Part shown: in pieces, positions 47,157-58,576 of the stretch
How positions within the stretch are numbered: position 1 is the stretch's first letter
How the letters are laid out: every line of letters begins with the position of its first letter
Assembly (NCBI RefSeq): GCF_009914755.1
Contig: NC_060928.1
DNA from: the human T2T-CHM13v2.0 reference genome, Homo sapiens
Length of the DNA: 64,000 nucleotides
Strand: one strand, 5' to 3'
Translations under genes and position numbers: made by a program
The notes under the pieces: generated by a model
What the model was told of the DNA's origin: nothing
The model's input: the letters and a program-made list of their open reading frames with translations, nothing else
Database searches by the model: none

Positions 47157-49073
47157 AGAGGATCATGGCAAACCTCAAACTTAAAAAAAATCCACACCCA
47201 GGCACACAATAATCAAATTACTTATAACTAAAGACAAAGAAAAATCTAGAAATCAGTCAACAGGAAGTAACATTACCTCTAAGGGGAAAACGACACAAAA
47301 GAGTACATATTTCCCATCGGAAACCACAGAGACCTGAACCAGTATTTTAAAGTGATGAAAGAAAAGAACTGTCAACCTGGAATTCCATATCCATTAAAAA
47401 TATCCTTCAGGAATGGTAAACACATTTGCAGATGAAGATAAACCGAGAAAACTTGTTACCAGCAGATCTGCTCTGAAACTTTTGCTAAAGAAAGTTATTC
47501 AGAGAAGGGAAGTGACATGAGAAGGAAACCTAGAACTTTAAGAATGAAGGAGGGAAACAGAGTGGCAAAAATCTAGGTAAACATAACACACTATTCTTCT
47601 CCACTTGAGTTATTTAACATATGTTTGACAGTTGAAAGCAAAAAATTAACACTGCCTGATGGAGTTTTCAATATAGGTAGATTTAATATGTCAAACAACT
47701 ATAACATAAAGAGGGAAGAGTAAAGGAACCGATATGGGGTAAGATCTCTACATTCCTTTTGAAGTAGTAAAATACTGATTTTAAGTGGATTGTGAAAAGG
47801 TAAGTAGGTTTATAGGAATTTCAGAGCAACCACTAAAAAATTACACAAAGAGACATATAAAAATACACAATAGACAAAATAAAATGGAATAATAAAAATA
47901 TTCAAATAACCTGAAAGAAGGCAGGAAAGAGGAAAGAAAGGAATATAAAGCAGTGGTAACAAACATAAATGAAATGGTTAATTTAGTATTATATAAAGTA
48001 GATTTCAGAACAAAGGGAATTACCAGAGATAAAGAGGGATATTACATGACAATAAAAAGTGTCAATTCACATAACAACATTTCTAAATGAGTATGCACTC
48101 TGAAGCAGAACTTTGAAATACATAAAGCAAAAATTGCCAGAACGAAAAGAAGAAAGACATATTCACCATAATAATCAGAAATGTCAATACTCCTATTTCA
48201 GGAATAGATTAAACTAGGAGACAGGAAGATTGGCAAGGCTATGAAGAATTAAACAGCACCAACAATCAAAGGGTCTAGCTGATATTTATAGAATACTTCA
48301 TCCATATTCTTCATCATATTATGATGAACACAAAACATTCTTCAAATCAGATCATATCCTGGGTCATAAAACACATACTATAAATTTTTAAACATTTAAG
48401 TAATACAAAGTATATTATCTGGCCATAATAGAATCAAACAAAAAATTAACAACAGAAAGATACTAAGAACATCATCAAGTACTTGGAAATCAAGCAATAA
48501 ATTTCTACATATTTCATAGACCAAAGAGTAAGTCTAAAAGAAAAGCAAGAAATATTTTGAACTGAATAAAAATACAACATATCAAAATTTGTGGGATGGT
48601 ATGACAGTAATTCAGAGTGAAACTGACAACGTTAAATGCTTATATAAGAAAAAAGTCTCAAATCAGCAATTTAAGCTCCTACCATAAGAAACTAGACAAA
48701 GAAGAGCAAAATTAGTTCTAAGTAAGTAGAAGAAAGAAAATAGTAAATATAAGAACAGAAATTAATAAAATAAAATTCAGTAAATCTATATAGAAAATCA
48801 ATAAAATCAGAAGCTGTTTCTCTGAAAAATCAATAAAATTAATAACTCTCTAATAAGATTGACCACGAAAAAAAAGACACAGTAAACCAGTATCAGGAAT
48901 GAAGGAGCTATCATTACCAACTAACAACTCTATACACTAACTTGACAGCTTAGATGAAATTGTTCAATTGACCAATGACTAGAAAACCACAAACTACTGA
49001 AACCCACCCAAGATAAAATAGATAACCTGAAGAGTCCTACAAGGAAATAAAACTTTTCCTATATGCAGATGAC
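47157..49073 (+). mobile_element. Old L1M continuation (ORF1 C-part, ORF2 EN/Z, ending at the RT motif)
   Basis: AAGAACTGTCAACCTGGAATTCCATATCCA, ACAACATATCAAAATTTGTGGGATG, TTGACAGCTTAGATGAAAT; the last 33 nt encode KEIKLFLYADD. Confidence 0.85.
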
Positions 49074-50126
49074 AAATAAAGGAGAAATGAGAGGCACATA
49101 ATAGGCACATGGAAGTTTTGAAATCCAGCTGGACACGTTTAAAAACATGTTCCCATTCAAAGCCAAGGAATGAGGGCCCAGTCTCGTTCCACAGGAGTTG
49201 CTCCCTTCTTCATTGCTCTTCTTGGTTCCGTCCTTAGAGAGGGTCTTCTTTTTTCATAGGAAATGGTCTGTTTGAATAGCTTCAAATAGTGGGAGAGTTT
49301 TACCAGTCTTCTTCCTGCTCACAGAATGTTGGGTGGGGTCCAGCTGCTTTTTCATTCTTTACTGACTCAGTCCCTTTTAATCTGATGCTCTTTGGGCACT
49401 TTTATGATTGAGGTTTATTCCACACCCCAAATACCATTTCTATAATTCTTTTACAACAGACCTCTCTAGTTAGCATGAAATGTCGGGAACAACACTCTTA
49501 ATATCCTTAGAAATCTTTTTGTCTATTTGAACTGGGGGTCTACTAGGCCATTGCCTTCAATCTTCCTGACATCTTTATAAAAGCTTTTATGAATAACATC
49601 CCTGATTTGATTTTGCCCTGAGGCTTTTCCTACTTTGAGAATCTGTTGGCTAAAGAGACTGGAAATGTAAAACCATTCTATTTTCCTCAACCCAGCATGA
49701 CTTGGTTCATCTATATTTCTTCTAAATTCTGTTTGCAAATTGAACATTCCTTCCTTGGTTAATCTTTCTTTTCCTATACCTTATCATATACAGCTAAAAG
49801 AAGTCAATTGCAGTTTCTTCATTCTTTGTGGGAGGCTCTTTAGCTAGGTCTACATATTCATTAGGTACATATTTTCTAACTTTAATTTTACTACAGAGAC
49901 AAACTGCTTCATAATGAAAAAACATGGGTCGCTATTTTTCAAACCTCCAATAGCAGCCTCAACACTTTTTCAGCATTCACTAAAATGTATTTGCCATTCC
50001 TCCAATCTCTATCAGAAGCTCACTTGCTATTTTTTTCCAGCTTATGCCCATTGCCTGGTCCCAAAGACAATGGCATATATTATAGGATTTTGTTAAAGTA
50101 GAAACGCTTTTCTATATACTAATTTC
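49074..50126 (-). mobile_element. MLT1 internal sequence (5' part)
   Basis: TTTTGAAATCCAGCTGG..CCTTATCATATACAGCTAAAAGAAG..TTCATTAGGTACAT..ends ..TATACTAATTTC, the MaLR int/LTR boundary. Confidence 0.7.
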
Positions 50127-50275
50127 TGTATTTATCTATTACTTTGTAACAACCACCCCCACATAATTTGGGCGTTTAAAACAACAGTAATGAATTATTT
50201 TTCATGGTTCTGTAGGTTGAGTGAGAGGTTATTCTACTGCCTTGCTTCTGCTTACTCATGTGCCAGGAGCCATGA
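50127..50275 (-). mobile_element. MLT1 5' LTR fragment
   Basis: TGTATTTATCTATTACTTTGTAACAACCACCCCAC..TTAAAACAACAGT..TCATGGTTCTGTAGGTTGA, paralogous to 35728 onward. Confidence 0.7.
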
Positions 50276-50947
50276 TTTACTGGGAGTCATTAATGTAATA
50301 ATTTACCACAGGATGTTCTGTGGAGAAAGATCAGTTAATGTCAGACATTTTGGTCGGGACAATTCCTTCTGAAAACACGTCACAACAACAATTATAAACA
50401 ACAAAAGCTTGATATACAGTGAGCCTCAACATTTAACATTCATATCCAAGCATATCCCCTTATATCAGGGACTACAAAGCATCCAAATAAGATGAGAAAT
50501 ATTTTAATTGATGAAACACACCCCGTCAGATAAGCACTTCCTTGTCAGCAAGAAAGAAGGTCATATTTGGACCAGTTCCATGAACATACCTAATTTGATT
50601 AAGAAAACAAATCCACTTCTCCTGGAGTCTCTAACGATAGCAAGACTAAAGAGAATATGAAAATCAGGCTTTTTTTCAGAGATGTTAACATACCCTACTA
50701 TTCAGATACCATGAAGGCCAAAAGACTCTCAGATCTTCAAGATTTGTGTTCTTTATCATTTCTGGCTGCTCAGGCTCCCTTTATCAATCACATTGGGGCA
50801 CTTCTAATTAATGCTCTCCTTTTGGGGCTTATCTAATTTGCAATAGTACTCATGTCTGACCAACATGATCCTGTATTATAAAATGCCTTTAATTTTATAA
50901 TATTTCACTACTGTTCTTTTGCTCAGAGAACCAGTATTCTAAAATTA

Positions 50948-51066
50948 TCTCAAAGAATAATTACATGAATAATTACATGAATAAAAATTACATAAATACA
51001 TGAATTACATAAAAAAATTAATGTAATATTCTCAAAGAATATTACATTGAATATTACATTAATATT
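50948..51066. repeat. Degenerate AT-rich tandem repeat (GAATAATTACAT-like unit)
   Basis: CAAAGAATAATTACATGAATAATTACATGAAT..CAAAGAATATTACATTGAATATTACATT. Confidence 0.75.
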
Positions 51067-52041
51067 ATTTTTCAAAGATGTAAACTTGTTTTTCATCTCA
51101 TAGGATGTCATTTTACCTTTTTCTTCCCCCAAAATATCAGCTGAAGTTAGCCATAATGCATAAATGACAAATTTCGGTTTCTTAATCTTCTCAGAGTATT
51201 TCTTCCTTTTCTTTTAATGTGTCTAAAAAAGGAAAGATGTATTCAGATTCATATGTAAACACTTGAATTAATTTGTGGTTTTTGATGTAATTACATTATT
51301 TTAATAGCCAGTTTTTATTACTTATGGCAAATTTCATTTTGATATGAGCTATATCACTTAAAATGTGATTAATATAGTAAGGTTATTCCCTCTTTTGAAT
51401 ATTTGAATACTATTATTTAATTTTGTTAATAAGGAGGTAGGTAGCTGAAGGTTTATAAAATCAAAGTTATTGATTAGATTAAGTTTTAAGATAAGAGCTG
51501 GATATAGTTCAAACATAATAAAAAATACCTGATAGTCTAGGTACTGATAAAATATCTTCTTTTGATGTTTTAGTTAAAAGAATAGGTATCATTAATAAAG
51601 TATTATGTGTTAAATTGGTAAGTACAGTGCTTAAGGACTTTCAAAAATATTCCCAAATGAAATGCTTCTATCACTATAGTTATGTCATGATATACAAATT
51701 AAAATGTTATCAATTTGGCTCATGACTATTTTGCTTCAGGGTGTAAGCTGGAATGCTGCGGAGTGGTGGGAGGTTTCTAAGCAGCATATATAGGTGAAAT
51801 ATTTGGAGGAGCTAAGGCAATACCACTTCTTGAACTCGAACTGTGTCAGGCATCCATTGCAGATAGTGTTATGCTTTTTCTGATTTATTTCTCAAAACAA
51901 ACTCAACAAGTAGATACTATTAAATCTGTTTTGTTTAAAAAAATTGACATCATTCAGTTAAGTAAATGATGTTACAGATTTATCATCTTTTCAAATTTAT
52001 GGTCTTTCTTCCCTCCTTTTCTTTTTGTCCTTTATTCCTTT

Positions 52042-52475
52042 TCATATAGTTTGGATATGTATCCTCTCTAAATCTCATGTTGAATTGTAATCCCCTATGT
52101 TGGAGGTGGAGTCCTGTGGGAGTTGATTGCATCATGGGGTGGATTTCTCATGAATGGTTTGGCACCATCCCCTTAGTGTTCTCCTTGCAATAGTGAGTTC
52201 TTGTGAGATCTGGTTGTTTAGAAGTCTGTAGTATCTCCCCACCCACCCCACTTCTCTCTCTTGCTCCCGCTCTGGCCATGTGATATGCATTCTCCTGCTT
52301 TGCCTTTGCCTTGAGAAAAGGTCCCTGAGGCCTCCCCAGAAGCCTGACAGATGCTAATACCATGCTTCCTGTATATCCTGCATAACTGTGAGCCAATTAA
52401 ACATTTGTTTCTTTATAGGTAATACCTGAGACCCAGGCTCAGGTATTTATGACAATGCAAGAACGGCCTAATACT
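52042..52475 (+). mobile_element. MSTA-like MaLR solo LTR
   Basis: AAATCTCATGTTGAATTGTAATCCC..CTGAGGCCTCCCCAGAAGC..GTGAGCCAATTAAAC; perfect TSD CCTTT at 52037-52041 and 52476-52480. Confidence 0.92.
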
Positions 52476-53349
52476 CCTTTCATTCTTCTTTCCTTTCTCT
52501 CTCCTAGGAATAGAGAGAATTGTGGACTTATATAGCTTTGAGTATCAACTAAAATATATTTTGTAACTAAATTTTAAAATTGATGTGTTACATTGTACCT
52601 TTGTTAAAGTATTTCCTCAGTTAAAGCAAAACTGTTCAGGATATTTCGTGCTTCTAATTGATAATCTTATATCTGATTTATAACATGAAGTTTATATACT
52701 ATTCATTTCAATTACATATGTGTATTTTTACTCCTCAGACATTTGTGCATTTGCAATAGACAATCCAGGAAACTAGCTAAAGGTGTAATTTTCAAAGAAG
52801 AAGGTAATATATAAGAAATGTGAAAATGTCATTAATTTGGTGTTTAAATAAGCTTTTAAAGATTTTATCTATTAAATATCTATATTAACACTCATCTCAA
52901 ATTCAAAGTTGGTAATAATTGACCATTCCCTTCCCCTTCCCCAAAATATGTTTTACTTACTTTTCTGACTTAGCTAAACTTGGTCTAATTGAACATTAGT
53001 TTTAATTTAATCATCAGATACAAAAATTTATATTATATATAATCATATGTTTCTATACTTAAGTTACAAATCACTCCTTCAAAGGAGTACTGAAAGAAGG
53101 TCACATCTTTATCCATTTAGAGATAAAATTCAAACTCAGAATTGAAATTGTATATTTGTAATATGACCTCCAGTAAGAAGAGAGACAAAACTCAGGAGAT
53201 GAAGGTTAAATCTCAACTCTACATATAACATATATGCCTTAGGAAGGATGTTTTAATTCTTAAATTGCAGTATTTTTATCTGAAATTTTAATTTAAACGT
53301 ACTTATTTTTAGAAGAGTATTATTGTAACCCTATCTATAGGACATACAT

Positions 53350-55155
53350 TTTCTTTTTTCATCTTAACAATTTTTAAGTGTATAGTATACAGCACGGTAG
53401 TGTTAACTATTGCATATTGCTGTGTAACAGACCTCTAGAACTTTTTCATCTCACAAAACTGAAACCCTATACCCATTTAACAACTCTTATTTTCCCTTCT
53501 TTGCCTTCCCTGGTTGTTACATTCTATTTTCTATTAGTTTGGCTACTTTAGATACCTCATTTAAGTGAAATGATGCAGTATTTGTCTTTTTCTAACTGGC
53601 TTATTTCATTTAGCATAATGTCCTCAAGTTTCCATGTTGTAGCATATGAAATTATTTCTTTCTTTTGTAATGCTAAATATTATTCCATTGTAGGTGTACA
53701 TGAAATTTTCTTTATCCATTCATCCACTGATGAACATTTAGGCTACATCTACCTCTTGATACTGTGAATAATGCTACAATGTGTTCAAATATCTCTTTGA
53801 AATCCAGTTCTCAATTCTTTGGGATAATACTACGGTTTGAATCTTTGTCCCCTCTCAAATTCATGTTGAAATTTAGTTGCCATTGTAACAGTATTAAGAG
53901 GTGGGACTTTTAGAAGGTGATTAGGTCATGAGCGCTCTGCCCTTATGAGTGAATTAATGCCACTATTGTGAGAATAGTTTCCTTATAAAAGGATGAGTTC
54001 AATCCCCTTTTCTCTTGTGCCCTTTCACCTTCCGCTATGGAATGACACAACAATAACATCCTTGCCAGTGCTTGCACTTTGATCTTGGACTTCCCGACAT
54101 CCAGAACTGTGAGCAATACATTTTCATCCATTATAAATTATCAAGTCTTAGGTATTATGATATAGCAGCACAAAATGGACTAATACAGATTAGTAACAAG
54201 AAGTGGGTTTGCTGGATCATACGGTCTTTTTATTTTTTTCAGAAATGTCCATATTGTTTCCCATAGTGGCTGTACCATTTTACATTCCCACCTATAGTGC
54301 ACAGTGCTTTCCATTTCTTTACATCCTCATCAATGGTTGTTATATTTTCTTTTTCTTGAAGTGGCCATTCTAATTGGTGTGAGGTGACACTTCATAGTGG
54401 TTTTGATTTGCATTTCACTGGTGATTAGTAATGTTGAACATGTTTTTGTATGCTTTTTTTTTTGGCCATTTATCTTCTTTGGATAAATGTCTACTCAAGT
54501 CCTTTGTCCATTTTTCAATTGGGTTGTTTTTTATTGTTGTTGAGTTGTAGGAATTTTTAACATATTTTGGATATTAACTTGTTAACAGATACATGGTTTG
54601 CAAATGTTTTCTCCCATTGCATAGGTTGCTTCTCACTCTGATTATTTCATTTGTTGTGCAGAAGTTTTTAAGTTTGATGTAGTTCCATTTGTCTATTTTT
54701 GCTTTTGTTGTCTTTGCTTTTGGTGTCCTATCCAAGAAATCATTGCCAGATATGATGCCATAAAGCATTTTCCCCCATATTTCTTTCTAGTTTTAAAGTT
54801 TTGGGTTTTACATTTAGATCTTCAATCCATTTTGAGTTAATTTTTGTATATGGTGTAAGGCTCCAACTTCTTTTTTTACATGTGGATATCTAGTTTTCCT
54901 AATACCATTTATTGAAGAGACTATCTTTTCCCACTGTGTAGTCTTAGCTCTCTTGTTAAAGATCATTTAGCTGTATACATGAAGGTTTACTTCTATGCTG
55001 TCTATTCTGTTCCATTGGCCTGTACATATCTGTTTTTATGCCAGTAAAAACTGGCATAAATACTGTTTTGATGACAGTAATTTTGTAATACGTTTTGAAA
55101 TCAGGATGTGTGAAGCTTCCAGCTTTGTTCTTTCTCAGGATTGTTTTGGCTTATA
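53350..55155 (-). mobile_element. L1MA/L1MB 3' portion, split by an MST LTR
   Basis: AACAGACCTCTAGAACTTTTTCATC..TTTAGATACCTCATTTAAGTG..GCCATTCTAATTGGTGTGAGGTG..TTCCAGCTTTGTTCTTTCTCAGGATTG. Confidence 0.88.
53828..54187 (+). mobile_element. MSTC-like MaLR solo LTR
   Basis: TACTACGGTTTGAAT..AATTCATGTTGAAATTTAGTTGCCATTG..CAAAATGGACTAATACA; TSD GATAA/GATTA. Confidence 0.88.
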
Positions 55156-55799
55156 GAACATATATTTTGTATTCCTCGTTTCATTCTAGTGACTCTGTGC
55201 CATCCATACACCCCCTTTATCTAGATCTGTGGTAAACAACAAGTCATCTGCCCTTTACTGCACTGATGCAACTCGGGTCAGATCTGTAGCTTAGAAAACT
55301 GTGGAATAGTTTTTATCAGGATAAAGCCAACTGGCTCAACTCACATACTTAGTCTAATAGTATCTTAACCAGCTAAATTTGTAGACCCCAATTTCATATT
55401 TTAGTCAGAGCAGAAAGGAAACAATTTAATATCCTAAATATCATAATTTGAGTCCAGGAACAAAACCAGCTTGTCACTCTTAAAAGGGTAGAACTGGAGA
55501 CTACACCAGTTATACTGCAGCTGAAACAACATAAGAGATGGATTTTATGCGAGGAGAGAAGGAAAGAATGAAAGTGATACAGTTGTACTTGACCCTGCTT
55601 TATATTCTTTTTTTTTTCTGGATAAAGCTATGTACTGTGTTTGTCAGGTGGAAGATGAGCAGCAAACAATTATTTTACTTATGTGGTGAGCCTTTTGATT
55701 AGAAGTAAGGTCTAGAGAAGATTTCCTACATTTCAGTAATAAAACTAGACAAGTCAAAAGTAATGATTGATTTCCACTAGTTAGATTTTCAAAATTCTT

Positions 55800-56111
55800 T
55801 TTTTTTTTTTTCTTTTTTCTTGAGACAGGGTTTCGCTCTGTTGCCCAGGCTGGAGTGCAGTGGTGCAATCTTGGCTCACTGCTACTTCCGCCTCCAGGGT
55901 TCAAGCAATCCTCCTGCTTCAGCTGAGTAGCTGAGATTACAGGCAAGATTACAGGTGCGTGCCACCACACCCAGCTAATTTTTGTATTTTTGGTAGAGAT
56001 GGGGTTTCGCCATGTTGCACAGGCTGTTGTCGAACTCCTGGGCTCAAGTGATCTGCCTAACTTGGCCTCCCAAAGTGCTGGGAATACAGGCATGAGCCAC
56101 CGTGTCCAGCC
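55800..56111 (-). mobile_element. AluJb
   Basis: GAGACAGGGTTTCGC..AAGCAATCCTCC..CTCCTGGGCTCAAGTGATC; TSD TCAAAATTCTT at 55789-55799 and 56112-56122. Confidence 0.95.
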
Positions 56112-57790
56112 TCAAAATTCTTAATTACTACATGTAGTAATCCACAAAAGGACCCATCAGTTTGCCAATTTAAATAAAAGTGTTATAATCAATTAAATGT
56201 CACATTGCTCCCCATCTCCATACTCTTTATATGCCTACACAGAATGAGAACTATATAGTTTGCTCACATGTCATTAACATTTAGTTTCCAACCAGTTTTC
56301 ATCCATTAAAGGCAATTTTGGTTCTTCAGATGCTAATAATTACTTTAGAAAATAAAAAGTATAGAGTTGGGGTCAATGTACTTCATGTTTTTATGTATTT
56401 ATCAGATACTAAGGAATGAATAGATAATATATTGTTTTAACACTAATTCCAATAATGAACTCATTCAGCTTTAAATGTATTACTATACATGTGTCCAGAT
56501 AAATTTCATATGCTACGTATGAAGCACCAGATTTCTCTTTGAGAAGGGCCTCCAATACAAGCTCAGGCCACCATCCAAATGAGGCAAGATGAGACAGTGA
56601 GAAAGGCAGGACAAAGCCATCATCGCGGACTGAAAAGCACTCAATTCAGTGCTGTCAGACAGGATAAAAAATAAGAAATCTTAACATCAGTTCATTTAAA
56701 AAATGTAAAATTTTCATATAATCACAGAAAAGTTTTCAGTAGAAAAATGAAAAAAGATATGCCAGTCAAACATTAAAGAAAAAGATATCAGATAAAATTA
56801 AGGAAAGAAAGCATTATTAGATAGTCTGTAAGAAGACAAAATCAAAAAATAGTAATGGAGTGATTCACATATCCATTGTGAGCTGGGACTCTCTTCATTT
56901 TTATACTATTTTAAAGAGATAAATTGATATTTTTTGAATTTTTTAAGTGTAGCTAATTCCTAGTAGGTCTACAGTTTCCCTTGTCAGGAGCAGTGATATT
57001 TTGTTTGAACTGTTTTGCATTGATTTAGATGATCAAGCTTCAGTGGTCCTATATGCTTTCTTAATTTTAAACATATGCATTATTGATATAATTTAACATC
57101 TTAGATTAGTTTCCTCCTACCATGTAGTATGCTAAGGTGGCATGGGTTCAAGGACTAAGACCTTATTCTAATTGGCTAAAAGTTTGCATTATTAGGAAGC
57201 TAAACATGCTAATCAAATATTTAGGTAACTAAATATATGTTTTAATTTCAGGAAATTAAATACTATATATTTTCTAACTAAATATGAACATTTGTTTCAG
57301 TATTGTGTTAAGAATTTTTTTAAAAAAGGAAGAAGAGGAATTTGGACATTGCATCTGCAGCACTATTTTAGTATATAAGTAGTTGTTACATTCCAGACTA
57401 TTTCCTGGGCCTAGAATATCCAGAATATTTTAACATGCCCACAATGAAGGCTCCAGAGTTAATTTTTTATTCTGTCATACAACAAATTAACAATGTGTAG
57501 AGTGATAATACAGTTTTAAGCCCAAGCTAGCTAAGGCTATGAGTCAGCTCCAAAGAACTAGTGCCTCAGCTGATTCTGAAAAATCAAAGTTAAATGAATG
57601 CATAATTTCTAAATCCACTACTCAGATGATTATTTTTTGTATCAAGAAAATCTCACAAGATTGGGGCAACATCAAAATGATAAACATAAATTTAAAATAA
57701 AAGGAATACCTGAAACATTTGCCATAACTTTTATTACCCTTAAATTATATTTGTGAGCATCAAGTTATTTTTACTTAAGATGCTACTAAT

Positions 57791-57835
57791 CAGGTTTCAT
57801 TCATTCTTAGTTACCAGGTTTCATTCATTCTTAGT
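57791..57835. repeat. Perfect 21-bp direct repeat, period 24
   Basis: CAGGTTTCATTCATTCTTAGT-TAC-CAGGTTTCATTCATTCTTAGT. Confidence 0.95.
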
Positions 57836-58551
57836 GATGATCCTTTTCACATTGTTCTTTGTATAACCAGGAATGAGAAGAGAGGCAAGGAAAATATCTC
57901 TTATAGCCCTGAGACCAACTTGGCTCAACTTCAGAGGTACTTTGCAGATTGAGAAACACTTGGATGTATAAAGTATAAAAGCATGAGGTCTGGAGGTAAT
58001 GGCAATTACATTTCTTTCATTCATCAAAAACAACTTTAAAGCAATTCATTTGGATTTTACCATAGAATGGTACCATAGTTCTATAGTAAAATAAAATGCT
58101 AACACCAAGTCTGGTAGTGATTTATATATATTTATTATAGATTTATAATAAAATAAAAAATGCTATTGGAATTCTATATTTACACATGCTCCATTTATAT
58201 ACACGCAAACAAATGTCAATATCAATGGTAAAATTTTAGGATTTTAAAGAGGCACATTTCCTCCTACCTACCCACTTCCACATATTCATTACTCTAAGAT
58301 GAGTTTTCATAAGCAACATTTAGATTTGTGAAGGAAAAAAATGAATATTTCTAGTACTTATCCTCTTTCCTTTCATGCTTTTGTTTGAGAAAGGAAGCAG
58401 CACATAAAATCTAAAACAGAAACTAAGGCTGTAAGACCTTCTGTAATACATGTTCACACTCATGCATGAGTTGACTGTAATAGGTCAGAAGATATTTGAG
58501 CAAAGTAATGCACTTACATGTATATGCACTGCATATAAGTGATACTCTTCA

Positions 58552-58576
58552 GACACACACACACAGACACACACAC
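58552..58576. repeat. Interrupted (CA)n microsatellite
   Basis: GACACACACACACAGACACACACAC. Confidence 0.85.

Noticed and set aside
50948-51066. Repeat-spacer pattern as a CRISPR-like array
   Set aside because: It is a degenerate AT-rich tandem repeat without constant repeats or unique spacers, in primate DNA.
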